A DNA stretch of 64,000 bases from the NCBI GenBank assembly GCA_036170915.1, contig JAVHQC010000011.1:32001-96000 (forward strand), written 5' to 3'. The notes below the pieces were generated by a model, which saw nothing but the letters and a program-made list of their open reading frames with translations, ran no database searches and was not told where the DNA came from. Below are positions 18,617 to 28,135 of the stretch, piece by piece. Every line of letters starts with the position of its first letter. The stretch's first letter is position 1. This DNA comes from Cyanobacteria bacterium auto_48_18. GTDB taxonomy: Bacteria > Cyanobacteriota > Vampirovibrionia > Obscuribacterales > Obscuribacteraceae. Position numbers and translations under genes: made by a program.

Positions 18617-19633
18617 ATGAACGAAATTATCAATGAGCTACTGCAGTGTGAGAACGAACCGGTGCTTACCCTGATAGTTGATCTGGACATGAATCGAAAA
18701 GAGAACGAGGCAAAACTAAAACACCTTGCATCAGAAGTGCAACATCTGAAATTAGATCTCCCCGATTCGACCCGCGACATACTTTTTAAGCGGCTTGAAT
18801 TGATTTTGCAAAGTATTGATGGAACATTGTTTAATGGCAGCGTTGCCATTTTTGCTGCTGCCAACTTCGGCAAAATTTTTCCCTTGCATTACCACGCTAA
18901 ACCTCGAGTGGTTGCCGACAATGGTTTTGCTCTCACTGAAATAGCTTACAGCACCAGCACGTTCCCTCTATGCCACGTCTTAGTTTTTAGCTGCCATGGA
19001 GTGCGGGTATTTAGCAAAAATGGAGAGCATGTATCAGAAATTGCAGACAACCCTGCCGCCGCTCATGCCACTCATCTGCTCAAAGCATTGGCTCACAGCG
19101 GACACGTAAATGAAGCCAAAAACAGTGGACGTGGAGTAAAGGCATGCTCTGATCCGAAACTCAAGGCGGCGATTTCTGCTCTGTCAGAAACCCTTGAAGG
19201 ACCAATGATCATTGCTGGAGCCTCGCACGCCGGAGAGTTGCCACCATCGTTGGACAGCCGAAGCATTGCCACCGTAGATGGTTGCTACGAGAACGCATCA
19301 ATAGCTGATATTGCAAAAGTCGCGCAAGAAGCATGCGAGAAAGCAAGCACCGAAAGAGCACAAAATTACCTGGAAGCCATCGAAGCATTTTTGCATGAGA
19401 AGCGTCTTGGCTCTGGCAACGATGAAATTGAGCAACTAATTTTGGCAGGCCGGGTGCAGACACTTTATGTGGAGGATGATGCGGCTATCAGCATTAAGGC
19501 TTCCGAGCAACATAAACTCTCGGAAGAAGATCGAATGATAGCGTCGGCTCTGCGATACAAAGGCGAAATCGTCTTTCTGCCAAAAGAGAGTTTGTCGAAC
19601 TATGGTGCTATGGCCGCAGGCTTGCGATTTTAG
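18617..19633 (+). CDS. baeRF/aeRF1-like protein (Balon-like ribosome hibernation factor candidate)
   Basis: SVAIFA, PRVVADNGF, GRVQTLYVE and C-terminal GEIVFL...GAMAAGLRF pattern of bacterial aeRF1 homologues; no GGQ. Confidence 0.7.
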   Translation: MNEIINELLQCENEPVLTLIVDLDMNRKENEAKLKHLASEVQHLKLDLPDSTRDILFKRLELILQSIDGTLFNGSVAIFAAANFGKIFPLHYHAKPRVVADNGFALTEIAYSTSTFPLCHVLVFSCHGVRVFSKNGEHVSEIADNPAAAHATHLLKALAHSGHVNEAKNSGRGVKACSDPKLKAAISALSETLEGPMIIAGASHAGELPPSLDSRSIATVDGCYENASIADIAKVAQEACEKASTERAQNYLEAIEAFLHEKRLGSGNDEIEQLILAGRVQTLYVEDDAAISIKASEQHKLSEEDRMIASALRYKGEIVFLPKESLSNYGAMAAGLRF

Positions 19634-19672
19634 TGCGCGACCAGGCAATTAGAAGTCTAGATACTGGTTTGG

Positions 19673-20170
19673 CTAGACGATTTTTCTCTTAGGGCCATTT
19701 GACTTTTTCTGGGCTATTAATTTTGGAAATGGCGCGTCAGCTGAAAGCTTATTTTGCGCCTTTTTCGTGTGTATCAAATCGGGCAGGGTTGTTTGATATA
19801 CCATCTTTGTCAAGGCATACAAGGCAAACTGATTTAGCGATGTGTTCTCCGTCTGGGCAGCTTGTTTCAGGCCTAAATGCAGCGATTTGGGTATGCGCAA
19901 AACAATTGTGCCACCCACTTCATCTGCTTCTGGCTCGCGTCCTTCTGGCGTGGGAATATTAGCGTTTGATTCTACCGCCGCCTTAAGATATGCAGGCAAC
20001 AACTGTGCCACCTTTGATAGTGCTTCAGCCTGGCTAGCTGCGAAGGTTGAGCAATTTGGTAGTTCAGAGACCCATGCCCAATAGCCTGGCTTACCATCCC
20101 ATTCTGACGATTGAATCGAAAAGTGCCATGGCATACTTACATACTCGTCAAGGTTTATTTTCTTACTCAT
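19673..20170 (-). CDS. hicB: HicB-family antitoxin with C-terminal ribbon-helix-helix
   Basis: YWAWVSELPNCST...IPTP and GTIVLRIPKSLH...SLNQ; ATG at 20170 overlaps the hicA stop (ATGA). Confidence 0.88.
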   Translation of the reverse strand: MSKKINLDEYVSMPWHFSIQSSEWDGKPGYWAWVSELPNCSTFAASQAEALSKVAQLLPAYLKAAVESNANIPTPEGREPEADEVGGTIVLRIPKSLHLGLKQAAQTENTSLNQFALYALTKMVYQTTLPDLIHTKKAQNKLSADAPFPKLIAQKKSNGPKRKIV

Positions 20171-20424
20171 AATTCTTTGCCCTCCTCTTCGATTTCTAGT
20201 TCGAGTATTACTTTGTTTACGTCCATAGGGTGACAGAATTTGTTGTTGCCATGCGGCTTCACTATTAGTATCGGAATTCGGCCTGTTTTCGAATAAATAT
20301 GGTGTGAACCATTCGTGCTTTGTAATTTCCATGCATGTCGTTTAAGGATTCGCTCTATAACTGTGAAGCGAATGTTTTTCTTGTTACCTTTCAGCATGCA
20401 AAGATAATCTTGCTTTTTCGCCAT
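20167..20424 (-). CDS. hicA: HicA-family mRNA interferase toxin
   Basis: Small basic protein with GSHH and KPHG motifs; GGAGG SD; upstream of hicB. Confidence 0.88.
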   Translation of the reverse strand: MAKKQDYLCMLKGNKKNIRFTVIERILKRHAWKLQSTNGSHHIYSKTGRIPILIVKPHGNNKFCHPMDVNKVILELEIEEEGKEL

Positions 20425-20439
20425 AAAACAACCTCCATC

Positions 20440-20468
20440 ATGCTAGCACATGCGCTAGCACTCCGCAA
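20440..20468 (-). promoter_or_regulatory. hicAB promoter and operator
   Basis: Minus strand TTGCGG-17 nt-TAGCAT; IR TGCTAGC-N6-GCTAGCA at 20441-20460 overlaps the -10 and spacer. Confidence 0.55.
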
Positions 20469-20569
20469 TAATCGTGATTTGAGTCGGGGGAGATTAGAAG
20501 CTAAGTCTATTTGTTTTGTAGGGTTTGAACAATGCGCAAGAGACAGTAAGTTTAGGCATTGAGAAAGGA

Positions 20570-20971
20570 TTACTCAAATGTTTTTTCGTGATCAGGAGTT
20601 TTTTGCCACGGAAATTTTGGAGCGCGATTCGGTTCTTCCCAGCGACCTACTTGAATTGCCCTTAGAAAATCGCCCACAAATAACTCGGTCTTTTTTCCTT
20701 TATCAGTTACGTACATCATTGCCCAAATGGCTGGCGCTAAAATATTCAACGAGAATCCAACTGACGCGGAGAGTTCATCCTCAAAGTATCTTCTGCCAAT
20801 CATCGAAAGGTCGAGTTGAAATTCTTTAGAGATCTGCTGAATTAGCAGGAACGCCTCATCTCCAGTCAACTCTAGATCCTTTTGTATTGACGTGGAAAGA
20901 CTTAACGGAGAGTTTGGCTCTGCATATTTCTCAATTAGCGAGAAAAGCTGTCTTTTCATGCGTTCCGTCAT
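20570..20971 (-). CDS. DUF1493-like protein (ACP-like, lacks the DSL serine)
   Basis: TSIQKDLELTGDEA...FQLDLS...YFEDE...GRW pattern; ATGA-coupled to the upstream gene. Confidence 0.6.
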   Translation of the reverse strand: MTERMKRQLFSLIEKYAEPNSPLSLSTSIQKDLELTGDEAFLLIQQISKEFQLDLSMIGRRYFEDELSASVGFSLNILAPAIWAMMYVTDKGKKTELFVGDFLRAIQVGRWEEPNRAPKFPWQKTPDHEKTFE

Positions 20972-21606
20972 TCCTGCCACCTTTTGCACGTCTCCCGTCT
21001 CAAACATTCTGCACTCACAGATGCTTTGCCATCGAACTCGTCACCGGCTGGTCCGATCCATATGGCTGAACAATAGAAACCGCAATGATGCAATAGCCAT
21101 TCGACATCTGTTGATGAAAGATGCGGTCGTTTCAGTAATTTTGCGGTGCCATTTTGTTCGCACCACTTTTGCAACCAACTATATTGGACAGCCCTTAGTG
21201 GGATGCGATCACATTCCGGCACAGTCATCCACATGCTCTTACTTTTATTCCAGCACGTGTTGGTATGTTTCAAATTTCTGCCTCTAGCTCCAATCAAGCC
21301 AGAATATTCTTTTACCATTTTTATACGAGCATCTGTTGGTAAGTGCGGCCAGGGGTCTCCCTTATTAAATGCTTTCGACATTTGCAGATCATCAACATCT
21401 TCGATAAGCGAACCAAGCGGATCATCCAAATTTTGAAAAGTGGCCCCTTCATTTCGCAAATATTCTTTGGCGCTAAAGTTATTGTGAAAATGCTTGTTCT
21501 GCTGAACCGTGTTTGATGGTCCTGCAGACGCCGCGTTAGCAACAATGATAACTACTCCAACAATGCTGGCAATTTTGAAGGCAGTTTCGAATTTTGATTT
21601 GAGCAT
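20968..21606 (-). CDS. Hypothetical secreted protein
   Basis: 212-aa ORF with an N-terminal signal-like segment ending ANAASA. Confidence 0.6.
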   Translation of the reverse strand: MLKSKFETAFKIASIVGVVIIVANAASAGPSNTVQQNKHFHNNFSAKEYLRNEGATFQNLDDPLGSLIEDVDDLQMSKAFNKGDPWPHLPTDARIKMVKEYSGLIGARGRNLKHTNTCWNKSKSMWMTVPECDRIPLRAVQYSWLQKWCEQNGTAKLLKRPHLSSTDVEWLLHHCGFYCSAIWIGPAGDEFDGKASVSAECLRRETCKRWQE

Positions 21607-21682
21607 TTAACTATCATAACTGTTTACCTGAGGCTAATTTTTCCGCCGTGGGGGCATATAACCGGCACAGGAGAGCCCTCAA

Positions 21683-22723
21683 TTGAAAGAATTCTGCGAA
21701 ATTAAAGAAGCAGTAAAACTGGTCGAAGTTGCGAATAGCGACCACAGCGCAGTGCCGGCCGTGGGTGAAATTGAAGTCGACATGGCTACCTCTAGCTCTG
21801 CTGTATCAACTTGTGCGTCTTCCTCGGTAAATTTCACACCGTCACCAGCTTTTGCGAGCGGAAGTGCATCCCCCTCCGCTGGCCCTATCCATAAACCTTC
21901 AGCCTGGTATAACTTCAGCCAGCGTGCGGCCATATCTTCAATTGTGGTTGGTTCGCTAATGACTTATCTGGTCATTTATTTACTCTCTGGCCATTTGTTC
22001 TGGCATCTCACGGGAGTACAGACCAATGATTACGTTTACGCGACTGTGAACGCATGCGGAATTGGTCTGGTGCTGACTGCAGTATGCTATATGGAATTTC
22101 TTCATCGCTTTGTAAATTTGAAGAATAGTATTTTTGGGCTATTTGCTTCAGTGGCAGCGGCGCTCTTTGTTGCTGGCTCGCTCACAGAGGGTCTGCAAGG
22201 AGTCTGGGTAACACTTGCTTGCTGCCTCGCGGCCTTAGTAACTGGCAAATTGGCTCAACAGGCAAGGCAAGCTATACCCTCTAGTTTCCGCTATGGTAGG
22301 GCAGTTCTTATCAGCGCTTTAGCCTCACTGCCGGCAGCGTTTGTTAGTATTTTTACTTTCGCGGCTGCCGCTGCTGATACCAGTACTGCTCCAGTTGTTT
22401 TTTCTAACAGCGTCTGTGGAGATGAAATTGCTGCGGGGATAGCTCTATTTGTTTTCCTTGCTGTTCCAGCCTACGCCTTTGCTCGTTGCGCGCGCACTAG
22501 CGAAGCAAAGCCTCTGATTGCTCTGGGCTTCTTGCAAATGTCGCCGTTGATTATAGGTGTTCTCGCTCAGCTCATACTGTTGTCTTCTGCTGGTAATGCC
22601 GTTGCCCTTGCGACATCAGGAATCACTGCATTAGCCTGTGCCGCAATTTGCGTGGCCTGGGGCTCGAGCGCCGGAGCGCTGGTGAATGGTTTGCGACATC
22701 GTCGGAAAATGAGCAAGGCTTGA
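21683..22723 (+). CDS. Hypothetical multi-pass membrane protein
   Basis: AGGAG SD; about 8 hydrophobic segments after a low-complexity N-terminus. Confidence 0.7.
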   Translation: MKEFCEIKEAVKLVEVANSDHSAVPAVGEIEVDMATSSSAVSTCASSSVNFTPSPAFASGSASPSAGPIHKPSAWYNFSQRAAISSIVVGSLMTYLVIYLLSGHLFWHLTGVQTNDYVYATVNACGIGLVLTAVCYMEFLHRFVNLKNSIFGLFASVAAALFVAGSLTEGLQGVWVTLACCLAALVTGKLAQQARQAIPSSFRYGRAVLISALASLPAAFVSIFTFAAAAADTSTAPVVFSNSVCGDEIAAGIALFVFLAVPAYAFARCARTSEAKPLIALGFLQMSPLIIGVLAQLILLSSAGNAVALATSGITALACAAICVAWGSSAGALVNGLRHRRKMSKA

Positions 22724-22752
22724 ACCGGAATAATCATTCCTGCTGTCAGATT

Positions 22753-23838
22753 TTATCTGGAGAGGTGCTTGTGGCTTTCTAAAAGAGCTGCTTGCGCTGG
22801 AATCAAGTAGAGATTGCAGTCCTTAATCAGTATTGCTTTGTCGTACTCATAGTGTTCAAGATTTTTCTTTGACGCCTTATCTTTGCTGAATTTAATTACG
22901 TGGTGCAAAAGCGTTACTGCATTGGAATACTGCTTTGCTTTGTTGTAGACAAGTGCCAGCTGCAGCTCTGTTTCGACAGTTTTCCACTCATTCGAATTTG
23001 ATTTATGCAAAAGAATCAATGCTTTTTGACAAGTAGCAATTGCATCTGAATAACGACCCATGCCTTCGTATGCCCTAGCCAAATTACATAAAGGAATTGC
23101 TTGGCCAATATCAGAACCCTTGTCGATGTCGATGGCCTCTGTTAAAACAGTTACGGCCTTTTCAAACTGCTTGGATCTAATGTAATCGCAACCCAAGAAG
23201 TTGAGCGATATCGACAGAAAGGCCCCACTATTTTTCAGGCTGCGCGCTAAGGCGAGCATTTTTTCCGACTCATCCGTCGCTTCCAGGTAGCGTTTTTGCT
23301 CAGTCAAGATAAGACTGAGATGGCGATGCAAGCCATACTCGGCAGCACTTTGTTTTCCTGACTTTTGACATGCCGCAATTGACTGGCGAATTAGCGAACT
23401 AGCCTCTTCGTCGCGGTTTTGCGATCGCAGATAAAATGCGAGCTGATCTCTTGCATGCAATGTGTCACTGTTAAGCTCGCCAAGTTCTCGCGCATAAATT
23501 TCGGACGCAGTACGGAGTAATCTTTCCTTTTCTGGATTTGCTCGCTTGGACATAAAGGGATAATCTGGTGGCAAAAACCGTTCCAGTTGAATTGCAATGT
23601 CAGCATAACTGAGAGCGTCCGTGCCTGTAGATGGCATTTCCCGAAGAATCTGGCTCCAGAGGCGGATACCCTTTTCATAATCATGCGCGGTAATCGCACG
23701 ATCGCCTTCTTCGTATAGAGCACACCAGCGAGCTCTATTTGAATAGTCCACTAAATTCGGAGCAAACAGAATCGACATTGCCGTTAAGACGGCAAATATT
23801 ACTCTGATAGTTATTGAATTTTTCTTGATCGCTAGCAA
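22753..23838 (-). CDS. Membrane-anchored TPR protein
   Basis: N-terminal TM segment and multiple TPR units (NLARAYEGMGRYSDAI). Confidence 0.8.
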   Translation of the reverse strand: MLAIKKNSITIRVIFAVLTAMSILFAPNLVDYSNRARWCALYEEGDRAITAHDYEKGIRLWSQILREMPSTGTDALSYADIAIQLERFLPPDYPFMSKRANPEKERLLRTASEIYARELGELNSDTLHARDQLAFYLRSQNRDEEASSLIRQSIAACQKSGKQSAAEYGLHRHLSLILTEQKRYLEATDESEKMLALARSLKNSGAFLSISLNFLGCDYIRSKQFEKAVTVLTEAIDIDKGSDIGQAIPLCNLARAYEGMGRYSDAIATCQKALILLHKSNSNEWKTVETELQLALVYNKAKQYSNAVTLLHHVIKFSKDKASKKNLEHYEYDKAILIKDCNLYLIPAQAALLESHKHLSR

Positions 23839-23963
23839 GACTTCAGCCTCCGGGTCGCTGAATGGTGCAACCGCAGGCTAACATAAAACAATGAAGGCTC
23901 CTATGGGAGGCACCCCCCTGAAGCATTCAGGCTTGGCAATTCGCTTTAACCAGTGAGACTGCC

Positions 23964-24785
23964 TTACGGCAAGACCTTCAACCGACGCTCTTTACGTTTT
24001 GCTTTGACGCCGTCAGCAGCTGGGGGAACAATCTCCATAATCTCTCTCTTGGCCTCAGCAGCCAGAAACTCTTTGAATTGCCCAAGCAATTGTTCAGGAC
24101 AACAAATTGTTTTGGTGACTTCTCCAATGAAGAAGTTAAGAGCCATATCTTCAGTCATCTCATGGCGGGCGATGACCGGTAAAACAGCGTTATTCATCCA
24201 ACGGTAGCCTTCTTGCAAAGGCATAATGAAGTTGTCGCCAGGCTTCAACACCTCGACATTGGTTACGCCTGCCTGAGCCAGGTGATTTGCCAAACCCTTA
24301 GATAAGGGGGCGATAGTGGCACTTTTCGAAAAATAGATAAAGGCCTGATATGTAGACTTTTCTGCGACCTGGAAGAGTTTCAACCCAGATATACCGGCAG
24401 TTGAAAGCGCAGCGCTGAGTTTCTCCCAAATTTCTCGATCTTCGTCACGGCCTACCGATTGAAACTGCAAAATCAAGAATGATTCTGATTGTTCTAAAGT
24501 TAGAGCTCTATATGCTTTCGACTCTTTAGATATAGATTCAAGCAATTCTTGATCGCTCAACTGATGGAATTGGCTCAATTTTCGCCAAGTAGCACTACCA
24601 GCAGTGCGAGCGTAGCTACCACATCTTGACGAAAAGAGCTTAAGAAAGAGTGCTTTAGAATCTGGTGCGACTACAGGTACTAGAGACGCTGCAACGCTCA
24701 TTGGTGGCTGAGATGTAGTAATGACCGAGTCCTCAACGAATGGCGAGTGGGTGACATCAGATTTAGTACCGCGAATTGTTGTCAT
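23964..24785 (-). CDS. Hypothetical protein resembling a degenerate archaeo-eukaryotic primase domain
   Basis: W...LSDQEL, FLILQFQ, YQAFIYF, VEVL and MPLQEG spaced like AEP motifs; recalled resemblance only; start may be 24812. Confidence 0.5.
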   Translation of the reverse strand: MTTIRGTKSDVTHSPFVEDSVITTSQPPMSVAASLVPVVAPDSKALFLKLFSSRCGSYARTAGSATWRKLSQFHQLSDQELLESISKESKAYRALTLEQSESFLILQFQSVGRDEDREIWEKLSAALSTAGISGLKLFQVAEKSTYQAFIYFSKSATIAPLSKGLANHLAQAGVTNVEVLKPGDNFIMPLQEGYRWMNNAVLPVIARHEMTEDMALNFFIGEVTKTICCPEQLLGQFKEFLAAEAKREIMEIVPPAADGVKAKRKERRLKVLP

Positions 24786-24883
24786 CTTAATGCCGAATGC
24801 CAAAATGTTCAAGTCGTATATCTATGCGTGGAGAATTTGTATATATCAGTCGGTGGTATCATGAAGCCCCCGGGGGAATTTTC

Positions 24884-26092
24884 ATGCATAACTTTGCTTT
24901 CCGTTCAGTCGCTTTCTTGTTTTCAATGGTAATAGCTAGCCAAGCTTTACCAGCTTCTGCCGCACCAGAGCCGGTATCAATGCCAAGTGCTGTTTCTACT
25001 GAAGTAGCTATAACGCCTGCACAAGAAGTAGCCATTGTTGAGGCCGCACAAAAGCAACTGAAAGTTTTTGGTGGCAAGCAGCCCATACCGGGAGCCTACA
25101 TCGCAATCTATATGCCAGGCAAAGCGCCGTACTTTAAAGCTGTTGGCGTGGCCGATCTGAAAACAAAAGCAGAGTTTCAAAGGTCGGATAGATTTCGCAT
25201 CGGCAGCAATACCAAAACTTTTGTGGTCACTGTTTTACTACAGCTGCATGATGAGCATTTGTTGAGCTTGGATGATCCTATTAGCAAGTTTGATATTGGC
25301 GTAAAGGTACCGAACGGTGATCACATAACTATCAGACAGCTAGCCGAAATGCGCAGCGGCTTGTTCGAAGCCTACAACACCAAAGAGTTTAATGGGCTTA
25401 ACTTTAGACCGAATATGCGCATAACGCCGGACGAAATGATCAGCTGGGGCGTTGCTCACAGGCCGCTCTTTGCACCCGGTGCGCGCTGGAATTACAGCAA
25501 CACAAACTATCTCATTCTTGGACGAATTATTGAAGCCGTTACGCACGATACCGTCGGTAATCAAATTCGCAAGCGATTGATAGAGCCTTTGGGCCTGAAA
25601 GAAACTATTTTTCCCGATACGGTCGACATGCCATTGCCGTTCGCCCATGGTTATGATTTTAACTCAAAGGGTAATTGGGTAGACGCCTCGGAGACACTTT
25701 CACCCGCAGTCACATGGGCAGCCGGTGCGATGATTTCATCTATTCCTGATATGGCACGTTGGGTCAAAGCTTATGTCACTGGCACCACTAATAGTGCAGA
25801 ATCGCAGCGGGCGCGTCTGCAATGTTTGCCCATCGCAACAGGCACTAAAATGGCGTTTGGTCTGGGCATAGGCAACAGTGCCGGATGGTACGGATATACC
25901 GGTGGGCTACCCGGCTATCACACCGCCGCATATTATCTGCCAGAAAAAGACATCACGCTTATTGCCTTTGTCACTGCTCAAAGAGAAAAACCTGCTCCTG
26001 GCGCTGCTAATTGCATTATTCGCGATATCTCTCGCATTATCACTCCGCAAAATGTAATCTTTGCCGACGCACCACGGTCAGAGCCGAGGTAG
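24884..26092 (+). CDS. Serine hydrolase (class C beta-lactamase / D-Ala-D-Ala carboxypeptidase family), secreted
   Basis: FRIGSNTK (SxxK), YSNTNY (YxN) and GYTGG motifs; signal peptide. Confidence 0.9.
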   Translation: MHNFAFRSVAFLFSMVIASQALPASAAPEPVSMPSAVSTEVAITPAQEVAIVEAAQKQLKVFGGKQPIPGAYIAIYMPGKAPYFKAVGVADLKTKAEFQRSDRFRIGSNTKTFVVTVLLQLHDEHLLSLDDPISKFDIGVKVPNGDHITIRQLAEMRSGLFEAYNTKEFNGLNFRPNMRITPDEMISWGVAHRPLFAPGARWNYSNTNYLILGRIIEAVTHDTVGNQIRKRLIEPLGLKETIFPDTVDMPLPFAHGYDFNSKGNWVDASETLSPAVTWAAGAMISSIPDMARWVKAYVTGTTNSAESQRARLQCLPIATGTKMAFGLGIGNSAGWYGYTGGLPGYHTAAYYLPEKDITLIAFVTAQREKPAPGAANCIIRDISRIITPQNVIFADAPRSEPR

Positions 26093-27265
26093 CTAATTCT
26101 TTTGCTGGCTAATTCGAGTATCTAAATCAGACGCTTCTATTAAATGCCCTGACATGCGCAGAAATTGAGAATATTCAATAAAATAAGCTCGTAATTCTAT
26201 ATTTTCAGAGAGCTGTAATTTATCTATAACCCCCAAGGCACGAGAAAAAATCTGCCGTGCTTCGGCTGGCTTATTTTGTTTGAAATACATGCCTGAGAGC
26301 TCGAGTAGAGATTTTGCGGTTGTCGGATTTATATATCCTAATTTTCTTTGCTTTGAAACTAAGGATTTAGTGGCCAGCGAAACCGCTTCTGTATAGCGTC
26401 CTTTACTGCAAAAATACCGAGATAATCGATCAAGATTTTCAACCGCTTCGTCACTGTCTAAGCTGGAAGTTTTCTTCTCATCGGAAAGAATTTCGCCTTG
26501 CCTTTGAATTTTCGCCCAAAAGGCACTGTCAAACGAATTACTGAAGCTGTAAAGTAACTTTTTCAAGTGCTCTACTTTTGCTTCTAAAATTGGATCGCCC
26601 AGCGCTCTGTAGCTGACCCACGGATGATCCACCATAATGCGAGCAAATACTTCAGCTTTGTCCTCGCTTGCACTAACTTGTGAATACGGGCTTACGAATC
26701 CAGCCTTTTGCAATGGGCCTTCTCCTGATCCGCTCTCATATTCACTATTTGATTTGCCATAGTGAAAGCTTGGAGCGTTCATTGACTCCCATTCACTATC
26801 GGGCTGATTAATTTTCCGATCAATCATATGAAAAAATTCGTGATGCAGTGCTTCGCGCAAATCTTTCGATGACTCCACTGTAGTGATGTTCAGATACAAA
26901 ATATTTGACGGTCGGACACAGACACCCATCTTTGGAACACCCTGAAGTGCAAGATTTTGACAAAAAACTATTTTTCTAAGTTGAGTTTTGGCAATAACTT
27001 CAGCCGGATATCTTGAAAATTCAGCAACGAACAATTGTAGATATTGATCAACAACGTGCGGGGTTGGTTTGTCAGCTGAGGCATCCCCGTCTCGAAGTAA
27101 TTGTGCCATTTCTGAAACTTGTGACTCAGATAAATCTGTCTGAATTTCAATACTCAACTTTTGTGCGAGAGCCTTGAGCTGCTCCTGTGATGTATCCATA
27201 GATTGAGCGGAGCTCGGCAGCACCGCAAATAGGAAAATTATTAAGGAGGCTGGGATATGTTTCAC
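26093..27265 (-). CDS. Secreted zinc metallopeptidase with C-terminal TPRs
   Basis: HHEFFH, GFVSPYS...EDKAEVF; C-terminal TPRs; signal peptide. Confidence 0.75.
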   Translation of the reverse strand: MKHIPASLIIFLFAVLPSSAQSMDTSQEQLKALAQKLSIEIQTDLSESQVSEMAQLLRDGDASADKPTPHVVDQYLQLFVAEFSRYPAEVIAKTQLRKIVFCQNLALQGVPKMGVCVRPSNILYLNITTVESSKDLREALHHEFFHMIDRKINQPDSEWESMNAPSFHYGKSNSEYESGSGEGPLQKAGFVSPYSQVSASEDKAEVFARIMVDHPWVSYRALGDPILEAKVEHLKKLLYSFSNSFDSAFWAKIQRQGEILSDEKKTSSLDSDEAVENLDRLSRYFCSKGRYTEAVSLATKSLVSKQRKLGYINPTTAKSLLELSGMYFKQNKPAEARQIFSRALGVIDKLQLSENIELRAYFIEYSQFLRMSGHLIEASDLDTRISQQKN

Positions 27266-27331
27266 ACCGTCATCAACCTCAGCGGAGAGGAATTATTTGG
27301 ATGGTAGCATTTCATCGGCTAGAATAGTTAC

Positions 27332-28135
27332 ATGCCCCTGACCATAGCTCATGCTGCTGCTGTTCTTCCATTTAAAAAGTGCTGTCCACGCTTTTTGAGT
27401 TTTGCCGCTTTAATTGCTGGTTCAATGGCACCAGATTTGACCTATCCATTTCATCTATTTCAACTCTCTGCATATGCGCATTCATTTACTGCATACTTTC
27501 TGATCAACCTACCGGCTGGCGTTCTTTTATTGATGATTTATTTCTTTAGTAAGAACTTGGTAGCAAGCCAGCTGCCCTCTCCGCATCGAGAATTTTGGAC
27601 GGTTCAAAGTATTACTCTTAACGACGCTACTAAAGCTAACTCGCTGCTGGCCCCGATCGCAGTTTCAAGTCTTTTTTGTTCTCTATTGATAGGTTCTGCT
27701 ACTCATATTATCTGGGACAGTTTTACCCATCAACATGGGTTTGCTGTGGAAGCCATTCCATTATTGCAGCAGAATTTTTTGCTGAGCCAGAAAATTGATT
27801 TTAAGGTCTACAAGTTTTTGCAATATTTTTCCAGTGTTACTGGATTGATCATTATTTGTATCTTTTACAGCAGACAAATCGCCGCGTCAAATATTGCCAG
27901 TATTCCCGACGCTAGAAGGAAGGTCGACGAGCGGAAATTTTTTAAGCTTGTGGCATGTTCGGTTTTACTCGCTACGCCATTGACTGTTTTTCAGGCAGTA
28001 AATGCGGTCGGACAGACTTTCGCTCATTTAGGATTTGTTTTCATCGTTAATAGCATGGTAATGCTTCCTGCTACATTAGTTGTAAGCGGTCTTATTGATC
28101 GTCTGATCACACGTCAAGGTGACCGTCCTAGATGA
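27332..28135 (+). CDS. DUF4184-family membrane protein
   Basis: MPLTIAHAAAVLP, GSMAPDL and THIIWDSFTH motifs. Confidence 0.85.
   Translation: MPLTIAHAAAVLPFKKCCPRFLSFAALIAGSMAPDLTYPFHLFQLSAYAHSFTAYFLINLPAGVLLLMIYFFSKNLVASQLPSPHREFWTVQSITLNDATKANSLLAPIAVSSLFCSLLIGSATHIIWDSFTHQHGFAVEAIPLLQQNFLLSQKIDFKVYKFLQYFSSVTGLIIICIFYSRQIAASNIASIPDARRKVDERKFFKLVACSVLLATPLTVFQAVNAVGQTFAHLGFVFIVNSMVMLPATLVVSGLIDRLITRQGDRPR

Noticed and set aside
20171..20332. Extended HicB N-terminus in the track
   Set aside because: Overlaps hicA; the coupled start is at 20170
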